Shown: positions 10,247 to 21,150 of the stretch, one piece after another
How positions within the stretch are numbered: position 1 is the stretch's first letter
Layout: each line of letters opens with the position of its first letter
DNA from: Sphingomonas sp.
GTDB taxonomy: Bacteria; Pseudomonadota; Alphaproteobacteria; Sphingomonadales; Sphingomonadaceae
Reading direction: 5' to 3'
DNA length: 64,000 bases
Assembly: GCF_036387535.1 (NCBI RefSeq)
Contig: NZ_DASVTO010000072.1
Location: 219-64,218 of the forward strand
Notes under the pieces: generated by a model
Told to the model about the DNA's origin: nothing
Database searches by the model: none
What the model saw: only the letters and a program-made list of their open reading frames with translations
Program-made: the position numbers and the translations under genes

Positions 10247-11227
10247 TCACCCCGCCTCCAGCGCGAGCAGCGCGAAGGTCGCCAGCCAATGCTCGCCCAT
10301 ATAGTCGCCCGCGACGTGCGGCAGCGCCGCGTCCAGGTGGCGTTCAGCGATCGCGCGCAACGCCGGCATCCCTGCCGCATCGGCCAGCAGGAACCAGCAC
10401 CAGGCACGGCTGAGGTTCAGCCCGTCGAGATGCGCGATCTTGCCGTCGCTGCGATCGGATACCGTCGCTGGCCGGAACAGCGTCGCCGGGTCGCCGGCCG
10501 CGATCGTCGGGAGGAACGTCGCGAACCACGCACCGAACCCGTCGCCCAATACCCGCGCCATCAAGACCGCCTCGACCAGCGTCGGTGACAGGAAATCATC
10601 CCCGCCAGGCTCCCACGCCTGCGCGGCCCGATCCTGCCCGAACCAACCGGCCGCGCGGGCGCGGATCAACGCCGCCAGCGCCGGCGCCTGCGTCTCCGCC
10701 CAGTCCAGCGTCAGGATCAGCGCGAACGCCGTGCTGCCATGCGTCCCCGTCCGCACCGGATAGGTCAGCTTCGGCAGATAGGCCAGCCAGCGATCCCGAA
10801 ACGCCTCCGCCAGCGGCCGCATCGCCGCCGCCCACTCCGGTCGGTCATGCCGGTCCAGTTCGCGGTGCAGCGCCAGCGCCCAGGCCCAGCCATAGGGCCG
10901 CTCGAACCCGCCCGTTCCCGGCCGATCGAGATAGGCACGCTCGCCGCCCAGCTTTGCGGGTGTCAGCGTGCGATCGGCTTGCGCCCGGATTGCCGCCGCC
11001 AACTCCAGGTCCGGATACCGCCGTGCGATCCGCATCAGTTGCCACCAGCCATGCACGCAGCTGTGCCAGTCGAAGCTGCCATGGAAAGCAGGGTGCAGCA
11101 TGGCCGGCGACTGGACATCCTCGGGTCCGGTCAGAACCTGGTCCAGCTTGAACGGCCATGGCCGGCCGACATGACCCAGCGTCAGTTCGGCGAAGCCCGT
11201 GGCGATCTCCGCGGTCAGCAGCGTCAT
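10247..11227 (-). CDS. DUF2891-family protein
   Basis: HPAFHGSFDWHSCVHGWW, FERPYGWAW, HLDGLNLSRAW, YMGEHWLATFA. Confidence 0.85.
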   Translation of the reverse strand: MTLLTAEIATGFAELTLGHVGRPWPFKLDQVLTGPEDVQSPAMLHPAFHGSFDWHSCVHGWWQLMRIARRYPDLELAAAIRAQADRTLTPAKLGGERAYLDRPGTGGFERPYGWAWALALHRELDRHDRPEWAAAMRPLAEAFRDRWLAYLPKLTYPVRTGTHGSTAFALILTLDWAETQAPALAALIRARAAGWFGQDRAAQAWEPGGDDFLSPTLVEAVLMARVLGDGFGAWFATFLPTIAAGDPATLFRPATVSDRSDGKIAHLDGLNLSRAWCWFLLADAAGMPALRAIAERHLDAALPHVAGDYMGEHWLATFALLALEAG

Positions 11228-12153
11228 GTCCGGAACCCCAGATAATAGATCAGCAGGATGTTGACGCCCAGCAGGACGACCGCAGTCGGCGCCTGCGCGC
11301 GGATCACCGCATTGCGATCCTGCAGATCGAGCAGCACCGCTGGCACCAGGTTGAAATTGGCCGCCATCGGGGTCAGCAACGTGCCGCAGAAGCCGGCCAG
11401 CATCCCCACCGCCGCGATCACCGCCGGATCGCCGCCCAGCGTGCGGACCAGCACCGGGACCCCGATCGCCGCGGTCATCACCGGAAATGCGGCGAAGGCG
11501 TTGCCCATCACGATCGTGAACCCCGCCATGCCCAGTCCGTAAGCCAGCACGGCAACGAACAGATTGCCGTCGGGGATCGCCCGCGCCGCCAGTCCGCCGA
11601 CGACCTCCCCCACCCCTGCCAGCGCGAAGACCGCGCCCAGCGCCGCCAGCATCTGCGGCAGCACCGCGGCCCAGCCGACGCCGTCCATCAACCGTCGCCC
11701 GGCATCGAACGGCGCGGCCACGCCCGGCCGCAGCCACGCATAACAGGCTGCCAATGCCACCAGCACGCCGGCGGACAGCGACACCAGCGTCACCTGCTTC
11801 GGATCGATCCAGTCGGGCTTCCACACCGTCCCCGCCAGCGCGACCAGCGGGATGAGCAGCGCGGGCAGGAACAACCGGTTGCCCGATGCCGACGCATCCA
11901 CCCCGCCATCATTCGCCTGCCCGGCCGCCGCCCGACCCACCGCACCGCTGCCTGCCAGCGCAACCAGCGCCAGCACCAGAACGCCATTCCCGACATCGCC
12001 CAGCCGGTCGCCGGCCAGGAAGCTGACCGCGATCAGGCCATAGAAGGCGGCGGTGCCCCTGCGCTTCGGATGGTCCGGGTCGCGCGCCGTCCGCCACCCG
12101 AATGCCGCGAACATCGCACCCGCGACGCCGTAGACGAAGTCCAGCCCGATCAT
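11224..12153 (-). CDS. DUF979-family membrane protein (putative 5-oxoproline transporter subunit)
   Basis: Multi-TM; LPQMLAALG, MGNAFAAF, CGTLLTPMAANFN. Confidence 0.85.
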   Translation of the reverse strand: MIGLDFVYGVAGAMFAAFGWRTARDPDHPKRRGTAAFYGLIAVSFLAGDRLGDVGNGVLVLALVALAGSGAVGRAAAGQANDGGVDASASGNRLFLPALLIPLVALAGTVWKPDWIDPKQVTLVSLSAGVLVALAACYAWLRPGVAAPFDAGRRLMDGVGWAAVLPQMLAALGAVFALAGVGEVVGGLAARAIPDGNLFVAVLAYGLGMAGFTIVMGNAFAAFPVMTAAIGVPVLVRTLGGDPAVIAAVGMLAGFCGTLLTPMAANFNLVPAVLLDLQDRNAVIRAQAPTAVVLLGVNILLIYYLGFRT

Positions 12154-12794
12154 CGCCGCCGGTCCAGCCACAGCAGCCGTGCGCCATGCACCAGCAGCGC
12201 CGCGATCGCGGTCGGAATCGCCCAGAGCGACAGATGGATGGGCGCGATGTCATAGCCATATTGCGCCATCGTCCCCTTGATCAGCAGGATCGATCCGATC
12301 GCGATGAAGATATCCTCGCCGAAGAACAGCCCGATATTGTCGGTCCCCGCGGCCAGCGCCTTCACACGGCTGCGCGCGGCCGCATCCATGCCCTGCATTT
12401 CGGCCGCGGCGTCCGCCATCGGTGCCACCAGCGGCCGCACCGTCTGCGCATGGCCCGCAAGCGACGTCAGCCCCAGCGCCGACGTGATCTGCCGGAACAG
12501 CAGATAGCCCAGCAGCAGCCGCCCGACCGTCGCCCCGCGCATCGCCGCCACCAGCCCGCGCGCCCGCGCCTGCAAGCCGTGCCGTTCCAGCACGCCGATC
12601 ACGGGCAACACGATATAGATGATCGTCACATAGCGCGTGTCGTTATACGCCTTGCCGAACGCGGCCAGGATCGCGACCGGGTCCAGCCCCGCCGCCAGCC
12701 CGGTCACCAGCGCCGCCGCCACAACGACAAGCAACGGATTGAAGCGCAAGAGAAATCCCAGCGCGACGACCAGGATACCCGACAGCACTAGCAT
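12150..12794 (-). CDS. DUF969-family membrane protein (putative 5-oxoproline transporter subunit)
   Basis: RFNPLLVV, LPVIGVLERHGL, GHAQTVRPLVAPM, NIGLFFGEDIF. Confidence 0.85.
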   Translation of the reverse strand: MLVLSGILVVALGFLLRFNPLLVVVAAALVTGLAAGLDPVAILAAFGKAYNDTRYVTIIYIVLPVIGVLERHGLQARARGLVAAMRGATVGRLLLGYLLFRQITSALGLTSLAGHAQTVRPLVAPMADAAAEMQGMDAAARSRVKALAAGTDNIGLFFGEDIFIAIGSILLIKGTMAQYGYDIAPIHLSLWAIPTAIAALLVHGARLLWLDRRR

Positions 12795-12861
12795 GACCGC
12801 ACCCGCCGTTCGTCATGCCGGCGCGCACCGCGATCAGGCTCGACATTCCGGCACCCGCACC

Positions 12862-15800
12862 TCACGCCCCGAACCCGCCGCCGCCCGGCGTCTCGATCAG
12901 GAACGCATCGCCGGCCGCCATTTCCACCAGCGCGGTGGACCCCAGTTGCTCGATCGTCCCATCCACCCGCCGCACCCGGTTCACGCCCGGCGCGCCGTCG
13001 GCGCCACCCGCCAGGCCGAACGGCGCCACCCGTCGACGATTGGACAGGATGCCCGCGGTCATCGCTTCCCGGAACCGCACATGTCGCACCACGCCGTCAC
13101 CGCCACGCCGCGCACCGGCACCACCGGAGCCGCGCCGGATCGCAAAGCGTTCCAGCAGCACCGGAAACCGATCCTCGAAGATTTCCGGATCGGTCAGCCG
13201 GCTGTTGGTCATGTGCGTCTGCACCGCGCTCGCCCCATCCGCCGTCGCGCTGGCACCGGCGCCGCCCGCGATCGTCTCATAATATTGATGGCGATCGTTG
13301 CCGAACGTGAAATTGTTCATCGTCCCTTGCGATCCGGCCAGAAGCCCCAGCGCACCGTACAGCGCATCGGTCACGACCTGGCTCGTCTCGACATTCCCCG
13401 CCACCACCGCCGCGGGATAGCGCGGCGCCAGCATCGATCCATCGGGCACGACGATCTCCACGCTGCGCAGGCACCCGTCATTCATCGGGATCGCACCCGC
13501 CACCAGTGTCCGGAACACATACATCACCGCGGCCCGCGTGATCGATCGCGGTGCGTTGAAATTGGTTGGCAACTGCGCGCTGGTGCCGGTGAAATCCACC
13601 CGCGCGGTGCGCGCGGTCCGATCGATCGTCACCGCCACCCGCACCACCGCGCCGCCGTCCATCTCATAGCTGAAGGCACCGTCCGCCAGCTCCGCGATCA
13701 AAGCCTTTACCGCGGCATCGGCATTCGCCTGGACATGCTCCATATAGGCCGCGACGGTGACCAGGCCATAGCCGTCCACCAGCATATCCAGCCCCGCCCG
13801 GCCGCGCGCGCAGGCGGCGATCTGCGCCCGCAGGTCGGCGATGTTGCGGTCGGGGTCGCGCGCCGGCCATGCACCTCCGGCCAGCAGCGCGCGCACCGCA
13901 CGTTCCCGGAATCGTCCTTCGTCCACCACCAGCACGTCGTCGAACAGCACGCCTTCCTCCAGCACGCTGGTGCTGGCCGGCGGCATCGATCCGGGCGTCG
14001 ATCCGCCGATGTCGGCATGGTGCCCGCGCGCCGCGACGAAGAAATCGGGTGCATCGCCCCCACTTGTCGCGAACACCGGCATCACCACGGTCAGGTCGGG
14101 CAGATGCGTCCCACCGGCATAGGGCGCGTTCAGCGCATAGACGTCTCCCCGCCGGATCCCGCGTCCGTCGGCCGCGCCGCCCCGCTGGTTCAGGATGGTG
14201 CGGATGCCGTCGCCCATCGATCCCAGATGCACCGGAATATGCGGTGCATTGGCGATCAGGTTGCCGCCACCGTCGAACAGCGCGCAGGAAAAATCCAGGC
14301 GTTCGCGGATGTTGACCGACGATGCGCTGTGTTGAAGCGCGGCGCCCATCTCCTCTGCGATGCTCATGAACTGCCCGTCGAAGATTTCCAGCCGCACCGG
14401 ATCCAGCGCCGGCCCGACCGCGACGTCCGCGACCGCCGCGACGCGCTCCAGCATCAGATTGCCGAGCGCATCGACCCGAGCCGCCCAGCCCGGATCGACC
14501 ACCACGGTCGATGTCGCATCGACGATCAGCGCCGGCCCGGAAATGTGCGTATCCGCCGCCAACGTGCCCCGCCGGCGCACCGCCACGTCGCGTGGCCCGC
14601 CATCCATCCAGGCGGTGACGGTTTCGGTGACGTCCGCGCCTGTGGGCGCCCATCTGATATCGTCGCCGGCATCGCCCGCCGCCACCGCTTCGATCCGCAG
14701 CATGTCCAGCACCGGCACCGCATCGCTGCCATAGCCGAACCGCGCGCGATAGGCAGCGGCGTACGCGACTGCCATGGCGGCCGGTGCGTCCAGCGTCACC
14801 TCGATCGCGCTTTCGCTACCCGGCTGGCGCAGTTGCGCGCTGCCCTCGATCCGCGCGTCCATGATCCCCTGCTCCGCCAGTTCGGCGCGCGCCGCCGCGG
14901 CCAGCGTCGCGACCGCCGCCGTGATCGCCGGCCCGGCCGCCTCGTCCAACGGGATGCCCAACGTGCGTTCGCGCACGGCCGACTGCTGCGCCAGGCCCAT
15001 GCCGTAAGCGGACAACAGGCTGGCATAGCGGTGGATCATCACCCGGCGCATCCCCAGCGCGTCGGCGACCAGGCACGCATGCTGCCCGCCCGCCCCGCCG
15101 AAGCAGGCGAGCGTATAGCGTGTTACATCATGCCCGCGCGCGGTGGAGATCGCCTTGATCGCATTGGCCATGTTGGCGACCGCGATCGCCAGGAACCCCT
15201 CCGCCGCCACCTCTGCCGCCATGGTCAGGTCCAGCTCGGCAAAACGGGCCGCAACCGCGTCGCGGTCCAGCGGCGCGTCCCCTGTCGGCCCGAACAGGTT
15301 GGGAAAATGCTCGGCACGGATCCGCCCGAGCAACAGGTTGCAATCGGTGACGGTCAGCGGCCCGCCGCGGCGGTAACAGGCCGGCCCCGGCACCGCACCG
15401 GCCGACGCCGGCCCGACCCGGAACCGCCCCGCTTCGACCGTGCAGATCGATCCGCCCCCGGCGGCCACGGTATGGATGCGCATCATCGGCGCGCGGATGC
15501 GCACACCCGCGATCACGCCTTCATTGGTGCGTTCGTAACGGCCCGCATAATGCGACACGTCGGTCGACGTCCCGCCCATGTCGAACCCGATCACGTCGGA
15601 TACCCCCGCCGCCGCCGCGCTGTGCGCCATGCCGACGATCCCGCCCGCAGGCCCCGACAGGATGGCGTCGCGCCCGTGGAACAGCGCGCCCTTGACCAAC
15701 CCACCGCTCGATCGCATGAACAGGGCGCGCGCCTGCCCGCCCAGCGCCGCGCGCACCCGATCGACATAGGCGGCCAGCCCCGGCGAAAGATAGGCGTCTG

Positions 15801-16410
15801 CGACAGTGGTATCGCCCCGCCCGATCAGCTTGACCAGCGGCCCGACGACATGGCTGACCGACACCTGCGCGAACCCGACCTCGCGCGCGATGTCCGCCAC
15901 CATCCGTTCATGCGCGGGATGCCGGTGCCCGTGCATCAGCACGATCGCGATCGCCTCCATCCCGCGCGCATGCGCCGCCGTCAGGTCCGCGCGCACCCGC
16001 GCCGGATCCGGCGTCGCCAGCACCACCCCGTCCGATGTCACCCGCTCGGCAATCTCCACCACATCGGCATAGAGCGGCTCCGGCAGGCGGATGTCGCGCG
16101 CGAAGATATCCGGACGGTTCTGGTTGCCGATGCGGAGCGCGTCGCCGAACCCGGCGGTGATCGCGAGCAGGGTCGGGGTTCCCGTCCGTTCCAGCAAGGC
16201 GTTGGTGGCGACCGTCGTCCCCATCCGCAGTTCCAGCGGCGGCAACGGCCCGGTTTCCATACCCGTCAGCCGGCGGATGCCCGCCACCGCCGCATCGTCA
16301 TGGCGTCCGGGATCCTCCGACAGCAGCTTCGCGGTCCGGATCGTTCCGTCCGGCGCGCGCGCCACGATATCGGTGAACGTGCCGCCGCGATCGACCCAGA
16401 ACCGCCACAT
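12862..16410 (-). CDS. oplA: ATP-dependent 5-oxoprolinase, fused hydantoinase A/B type
   Basis: [48 protein letters not shown]. Confidence 0.88.
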   Translation of the reverse strand: MWRFWVDRGGTFTDIVARAPDGTIRTAKLLSEDPGRHDDAAVAGIRRLTGMETGPLPPLELRMGTTVATNALLERTGTPTLLAITAGFGDALRIGNQNRPDIFARDIRLPEPLYADVVEIAERVTSDGVVLATPDPARVRADLTAAHARGMEAIAIVLMHGHRHPAHERMVADIAREVGFAQVSVSHVVGPLVKLIGRGDTTVADAYLSPGLAAYVDRVRAALGGQARALFMRSSGGLVKGALFHGRDAILSGPAGGIVGMAHSAAAAGVSDVIGFDMGGTSTDVSHYAGRYERTNEGVIAGVRIRAPMMRIHTVAAGGGSICTVEAGRFRVGPASAGAVPGPACYRRGGPLTVTDCNLLLGRIRAEHFPNLFGPTGDAPLDRDAVAARFAELDLTMAAEVAAEGFLAIAVANMANAIKAISTARGHDVTRYTLACFGGAGGQHACLVADALGMRRVMIHRYASLLSAYGMGLAQQSAVRERTLGIPLDEAAGPAITAAVATLAAAARAELAEQGIMDARIEGSAQLRQPGSESAIEVTLDAPAAMAVAYAAAYRARFGYGSDAVPVLDMLRIEAVAAGDAGDDIRWAPTGADVTETVTAWMDGGPRDVAVRRRGTLAADTHISGPALIVDATSTVVVDPGWAARVDALGNLMLERVAAVADVAVGPALDPVRLEIFDGQFMSIAEEMGAALQHSASSVNIRERLDFSCALFDGGGNLIANAPHIPVHLGSMGDGIRTILNQRGGAADGRGIRRGDVYALNAPYAGGTHLPDLTVVMPVFATSGGDAPDFFVAARGHHADIGGSTPGSMPPASTSVLEEGVLFDDVLVVDEGRFRERAVRALLAGGAWPARDPDRNIADLRAQIAACARGRAGLDMLVDGYGLVTVAAYMEHVQANADAAVKALIAELADGAFSYEMDGGAVVRVAVTIDRTARTARVDFTGTSAQLPTNFNAPRSITRAAVMYVFRTLVAGAIPMNDGCLRSVEIVVPDGSMLAPRYPAAVVAGNVETSQVVTDALYGALGLLAGSQGTMNNFTFGNDRHQYYETIAGGAGASATADGASAVQTHMTNSRLTDPEIFEDRFPVLLERFAIRRGSGGAGARRGGDGVVRHVRFREAMTAGILSNRRRVAPFGLAGGADGAPGVNRVRRVDGTIEQLGSTALVEMAAGDAFLIETPGGGGFGA

Positions 16411-16427
16411 CGCCGCGCAGCCGCCGA

Positions 16428-18368
16428 TCAGCGCGCCGTCAGCAGCGTGTCGAGCCGCGTCGTCCCCGCCCCCGTCTTTTCCAGCCGCGGATATTTCGGC
16501 CCGTCATAATATGGGATGGCAACCGTGCGATACCGATCGCCCTGCTTCACCAGCAACTGGATCGGCTGGCGACTGGTCTGCGCCGCCTTGATCGCCGCTT
16601 TCAACGCATCCCCGCTATACGCCTTGCCCCCGACGGCGGTCAGCATCGCGCTGTTGGTCAGGCCAGCGCGAAATGCCGGGCTGTCCCATATCACCTGGCC
16701 CAGCGCGCCGTCCGACGCGACGCTGAATCCCAGCGAATAGGTGAAATCACTGTTCTTCGCCGTCTTCTCGCGGTTCTTCCACCATTGTGTCGGCTCGGCG
16801 GCATAGACCAGCCGGTATCCGCCCTTCTCCAGCCAGGCGAGCGGCGCACGCGGCGCGATCTGGTTGACGCGCGCATCCAGGAACCCGTTCCAATCATAGG
16901 GCACGACCCGGTTCAGCGTCGCCGCCACGTCGGCGAACGTATAGGTCAGCACGCCCCAGTCGCGATCGTTGACCCCGAAGAACAGCTTGGCGAAATCGTC
17001 CAGCGACTTCCGACCCCTGGTCAGTTCGCGGATCTGCATGTCCGCTTCCAGCCAGATCAGCAGCCCCTCATTGTAATAATCCTCCGACCGCTGCCAGCTG
17101 ACCCAGGGTTGTGGGCGCCGTGCGGACAGGATCGGATCGTTGGTGGTGTCGACCAGTGGCCGCCACGTCCGGCCGGGCCGCGTATCCAGCTGCGCCGCGA
17201 TCGACGCATAGGCGGCAAGCGTATCCTCCTTGGACACCAGCCCGGACCGCGCCTGCAGCACATAGCCCCAATATTGAGTCTGCCCTTCATATACCCACAG
17301 CAGCGAATTGCGCATCGGTACCGAATATTCTGCGGTATAAAGATCGGCGCCACGCCGATATTTGCCGTCCCAGCTATGCGTATATTCGTGGGGCAACAGG
17401 TTGCGTTCGCCGGCCCCGTCGTCCCACTTGGTGAAATACCCCGGATCGACGCCATTTTCCGACGACCGGTGATGCTCCAGGCCGATGCTGCCCATCTTGT
17501 CGGTGATGGCCAGCAGGAAATCATAATGGTCATAATGCTGCGCGCCGAACAGCCGCGTCGCCTGCGCCACCAGATTCCTGTGCTTCTGGATCTGCTCGGG
17601 CGTCGCCGCCAGTTCCTCCGGCGTATCCGCCACGATGTTCAGCCGCACGCCCGGCGCCAGCTGCTCCTGCCGGAAATAGGCGCCCGCGAACATCGGACTG
17701 TCGACCAGCGTCTCGAACGACACCGGTTTGAACGCCACCGTGCCGGTCGCCGCCGGATCGACCGGCTCCAATGCGACGCCGTACCGCCATCCCGCCGGCA
17801 GGATCGCGGTCGCCGCCACGGGAATCCGGCGCACATAATAGCCGGCCGGATAGAAGGCGGTCAGGTTCCATTGCAGGTTCAGCATCTCGGGCGTCATCAC
17901 CACCCGCCCCTGCGCACCCGCCACGGGCGAGACATATTGGAATTCGACCGACAGCTCGGTCGCGCCCTGCGGCACGTCGACATGGATGGCATAGACTTCG
18001 ACCGGGTCGCGAACCCAGCGCAACACCTGCCCACCCGCGCTGATCTTCAGGCCCGCCACATCGTCGATGCTGCCGCGCGGTGCATGATTTCCGGGCAGCC
18101 ATTTCGGATAGAGCAGGGTCGTCCGTCCCGCGGCGGTGACCGGGATCGTCTCCCGCACCGTGAAGATCCCGCGCTGCACGTCGGTCGCATCCACCACCAG
18201 CTTCAGCGTGCCGGGATAGGCGACGTCACGCGCCGCCGGCACCGCGTTCGGCACCGGCGTGACCGCCGGCATCGTCTGGACAGGCTGCGCGGTCGCGATC
18301 GCGGGCAGGGCAACGGACAGCAGACAAGCCGCACGCGCGGCGAGACGGGCACTAAGGAGAGACGACAT
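16428..18368 (-). CDS. M61 glycyl aminopeptidase with C-terminal PDZ-like domain, secreted
   Basis: PKWLPGNH, GLEHHRSS, HEYTHSW zincin motif, LWVYEGQTQY. Confidence 0.88.
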   Translation of the reverse strand: MSSLLSARLAARAACLLSVALPAIATAQPVQTMPAVTPVPNAVPAARDVAYPGTLKLVVDATDVQRGIFTVRETIPVTAAGRTTLLYPKWLPGNHAPRGSIDDVAGLKISAGGQVLRWVRDPVEVYAIHVDVPQGATELSVEFQYVSPVAGAQGRVVMTPEMLNLQWNLTAFYPAGYYVRRIPVAATAILPAGWRYGVALEPVDPAATGTVAFKPVSFETLVDSPMFAGAYFRQEQLAPGVRLNIVADTPEELAATPEQIQKHRNLVAQATRLFGAQHYDHYDFLLAITDKMGSIGLEHHRSSENGVDPGYFTKWDDGAGERNLLPHEYTHSWDGKYRRGADLYTAEYSVPMRNSLLWVYEGQTQYWGYVLQARSGLVSKEDTLAAYASIAAQLDTRPGRTWRPLVDTTNDPILSARRPQPWVSWQRSEDYYNEGLLIWLEADMQIRELTRGRKSLDDFAKLFFGVNDRDWGVLTYTFADVAATLNRVVPYDWNGFLDARVNQIAPRAPLAWLEKGGYRLVYAAEPTQWWKNREKTAKNSDFTYSLGFSVASDGALGQVIWDSPAFRAGLTNSAMLTAVGGKAYSGDALKAAIKAAQTSRQPIQLLVKQGDRYRTVAIPYYDGPKYPRLEKTGAGTTRLDTLLTAR

Positions 18369-18604
18369 CGACGGCAAAGCTCCGGCACGACAAGGAGCCG
18401 CAGGGATGGAACGCCGCGCCCGGTCCGTCAATCCGTACCGCACCCGCGCCTCGCAAGTCCCGCACCCGCGATGCCGACTTCTTGTCGCGCCGATACAGCG
18501 CAAAGGCATTTTATATTATGAAATAGACAATATCGGGATTCATATTGCCTTGGGGCGACAGATATACCACCATGCCGCAATAAAGCGATTATGGGGCATG
18601 CACG

Positions 18605-19075
18605 ATGACGACCGAACCAGACGAAACCATTCTCGCACTGACCGCAGATATCGTCGCTGCGCATGTCGGCAACAATATCGTCGCGATCGAAGATCTGCCC
18701 ATGCTGATCAAGCAGGTCCACGCTGCTCTTGCGACTGCCGGAGATCCCGTGGTTCAACCGGAGGCGGAGCCGCAACCCGCCGTCCCCATCCGCGGTTCGG
18801 TCAAGCCGGACTACATCATCTGCCTTGAAGACGGAAAGAAACTGAAGATGTTGCGGCGATATCTCCGCACGCGCTTCGACATGTCGCCCGAACAATATCG
18901 CGCGAAATGGAAACTGCCCGAAACTTACCCGATGGTGGCGCCCAACTACACCGAACAGCGCCGGGCGCTGGCCAATGCCATCGGCCTCGGCCGCAAACCG
19001 GCGGCGCCAGCACCGACCCCGGCACCCGCACCGAAGAAGCGCGGACGCAAACCGGCGACGGCGACGGCCGCCTGA
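18605..19075 (+). CDS. mucR: MucR/Ros zinc-finger nucleoid-associated regulator
   Basis: LTADIVAAHV, ICLEDGKKLKMLRRYL, YPMVAPNY; AT-rich upstream region. Confidence 0.93.
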   Translation: MTTEPDETILALTADIVAAHVGNNIVAIEDLPMLIKQVHAALATAGDPVVQPEAEPQPAVPIRGSVKPDYIICLEDGKKLKMLRRYLRTRFDMSPEQYRAKWKLPETYPMVAPNYTEQRRALANAIGLGRKPAAPAPTPAPAPKKRGRKPATATAA

Positions 19076-19126
19076 CCGGTCATCATCGCGATCAAACTGG
19101 ACGGACGGCGTAGCGCGCCGTCCGGA

Positions 19127-19945
19127 TCAGCGCTCCACCTTCACCCAATCAACCAGAAAGCGCGGCTTGGCATCGCCGGGGGCGGGTTGGCCGATCCAGG
19201 GCCATCCGCTCGACCCGATCGCCATGCCGATCATGATGACCATCGGCTTGGTCATGCGCGGCGTGGTCGCCACGGTGCAGTTCACCCGGCCGTCATATCC
19301 GAACACGATCTTTTTCGGATCACGCCAGTCGGCGTAGAATTCGTGCCAGCCTTCCGTCGGGATCGCGACCTTCGGGCACCCCGAATTCACCTTGGATTCG
19401 CCATCGTGCATGGCCTGCGATACATTGCCCTGCGGATCGCTTCCCGCTCGGCCGGAACCCTCGAAGACATCGATTTCGGTGTGGTTGACATAGTCATAGC
19501 CCCATACCGCGGGCCAGGCGGCCGCCGCGACCGGCAACTTCACCCGTGCGGACAAACGCGTCCCGGGGGCAAACGGCGTCGCGGGAAACGTCGTGATCTG
19601 TCCGGAAACCCGATCGATCTGCAACATGTTGCGCAGGTTGGAACCGGCATATTTGAACTTCGGATCGCGCACCCGTTCGGCCCACCGACGGCGCTCGCCT
19701 TCCGTCATCATCCGTCCGTCGATCTGCAACAGGCCCTTGGCGATCCGGATCTGGCCGGGATCATAGCGCTGGGATTCGCCGTTCCCCGCGCGCGTCTCGT
19801 CGGACGGCACCCCGGAAAATCGTTCGGCATCGGCTTTCCAACGTCCGGCGATGCGCTTGTCGAAATGGTCCTGCCACAGCACGGTCTGTGCCTGGGCGCA
19901 GCCTGCGGCCACCAACAGGCAGGACGGGAGTAGAAAACGCGTCAT
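19127..19945 (-). CDS. Glycoside hydrolase family 16, exported
   Basis: WPAVW and EIDVFE (ExDxxE) catalytic motif; N-terminal signal or lipobox-like LVAAGC. Confidence 0.75.
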   Translation of the reverse strand: MTRFLLPSCLLVAAGCAQAQTVLWQDHFDKRIAGRWKADAERFSGVPSDETRAGNGESQRYDPGQIRIAKGLLQIDGRMMTEGERRRWAERVRDPKFKYAGSNLRNMLQIDRVSGQITTFPATPFAPGTRLSARVKLPVAAAAWPAVWGYDYVNHTEIDVFEGSGRAGSDPQGNVSQAMHDGESKVNSGCPKVAIPTEGWHEFYADWRDPKKIVFGYDGRVNCTVATTPRMTKPMVIMIGMAIGSSGWPWIGQPAPGDAKPRFLVDWVKVER

Positions 19946-20068
19946 AGGCTTATGGCTCCTGTCGCGATCCGGTCTTTGTCGGCTGCTTGGCGCCGCCCAT
20001 CCGGCCCTGCACCGGCCACCGATCCGGCGTACCGCCGCGTGCGGATCCACCGATCGTCGCGGGGTGGA

Positions 20069-20082
20069 TGGTGGACAGGGCT
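20069..20082. repeat. att core (distal junction): TGGTGGACAGGGCT, a copy of the tRNA-Tyr 3' end
   Basis: Identical to 62903-62916. Confidence 0.92.
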
Positions 20083-20113
20083 ACAATCGATCTATCCAGA
20101 TATGGCGCGGAAT

Positions 20114-20166
20114 TATCAAGCATTTTTCGTTACCCCCAAGTCCGGATACCCCCGGAAATACCCCCA
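20114..20166. promoter_or_regulatory. Integrase arm-type sites (TACCCCC x3) and an IHF-like site
   Basis: TACCCCC at 20131, 20147 and 20159, mirrored at 62727/62749/62760; TATCAAGCATTTT at 20114 resembles WATCAA-N4-TTR. Confidence 0.7.
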
Positions 20167-20186
20167 ATCGATCTGCCTGCCGGCCG

Positions 20187-20387
20187 TCAGGTCACCATGC
20201 GCGTGTTGATCCAGTGGTCGATTTCGGAGCGTTTCCAGCCGACTGCGCGCATGGCGAGCGGGTGCTTTTTCGGGAACAGGCCGATTCCCATCAGCCGGTA
20301 GATCGAGGCGCGACTCAGGCCGGTGCGTTCGATTACGGCGGGAAGGCGTAGGATGCTGTCGGCGATGGGGGCGTGGCGGTCAGGCAT
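20187..20387 (-). CDS. alpA: AlpA-family excisionase / recombination directionality factor
   Basis: ILRLPAVIERTGLSRASIYRLM...FPK...RAVGWKRSEIDHW; next to att. Confidence 0.9.
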   Translation of the reverse strand: MPDRHAPIADSILRLPAVIERTGLSRASIYRLMGIGLFPKKHPLAMRAVGWKRSEIDHWINTRMVT

Positions 20388-20434
20388 GGCGTCCTCGGGT
20401 GATTCGCATTCGGTTGTGGGTGGAAGGGCGCCGG

Positions 20435-20680
20435 TCATGGCGACCGCGCGGCGATCGCGGTTTCAATATCGAGTTGAAGGCCGTCCGAGTCGTTGCGGCC
20501 GTACCGGACGGTCATGACCACCTCCGCCCAAGTCGCGTGGCCGGTAGCATCGTGATGGCGCGCTGCGGTTCCTTGGGCTTGCGGGCCGAACCAATTCGCG
20601 GCGGCCCCGTGACAGACGAAACAGCCGCCGATCACGTCGCGCGAGGTTGACGTCTGACGAACGAGGAGTGCGGACGCCAT
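20435..20680 (-). CDS. Hypothetical phage protein
   Basis: Start overlaps upstream stop codon; in early operon. Confidence 0.45.
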   Translation of the reverse strand: MASALLVRQTSTSRDVIGGCFVCHGAAANWFGPQAQGTAARHHDATGHATWAEVVMTVRYGRNDSDGLQLDIETAIAARSP

Positions 20681-21150
20681 CAGAACATCGCCAGTTGTGG
20701 GCCGGCACTGAACGTCGCGACGGCAGCGAGCCGCCTCTGCGCCGCCTCGTCAATCGCCGTTGCCGCCGCAGGCTGATCATCATCAGGGCGGCTGCCGTCC
20801 GGCCGGGCGCGTGCAGCATGGGCCTCGTAGTTTTGTGCCACGGCCTCCTGGCCAGCCGATCGCATCGTTTCCGCGCTGCGCAACATGCGCTGGCGCCACG
20901 TCCCGGTCAGGATCTCCGCGGCACCAGCTGGGCCGGCGGAAACGGGTGCAACCGGAACCGCCGACGTCGGCTGCGCCACGGTGATCGGCGCCGCTGCGAG
21001 CGCATCACGGTGACGGACGATAATGGCCCGCAGGCATGACAGGATTACGGCCTCGCCTTCTCTCCCGGTTCCGACGCCTTCATGAAGGATGATCTTCGCT
21101 TCCAGATCGCCGACGAAGCGCTCGGCCCAGGCACGATGCGACGGCGTCAC
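20680..21150 (-). CDS. Hypothetical phage protein
   Basis: Translationally coupled in early operon (GTGA overlap). Confidence 0.55.
   Translation of the reverse strand: MTPSHRAWAERFVGDLEAKIILHEGVGTGREGEAVILSCLRAIIVRHRDALAAAPITVAQPTSAVPVAPVSAGPAGAAEILTGTWRQRMLRSAETMRSAGQEAVAQNYEAHAARARPDGSRPDDDQPAAATAIDEAAQRRLAAVATFSAGPQLAMF

Noticed and set aside
12637-16509. 1290-aa plus-strand ORF, and similar long ORFs at 1622-3667, 30827-33517 and 47959-50265
   Set aside because: Antisense shadows of real high-GC genes; Arg/His-rich with no motifs
18605-19945. mucR and GH16 as prophage cargo
   Set aside because: They lie outside the att repeat at 20069-20082
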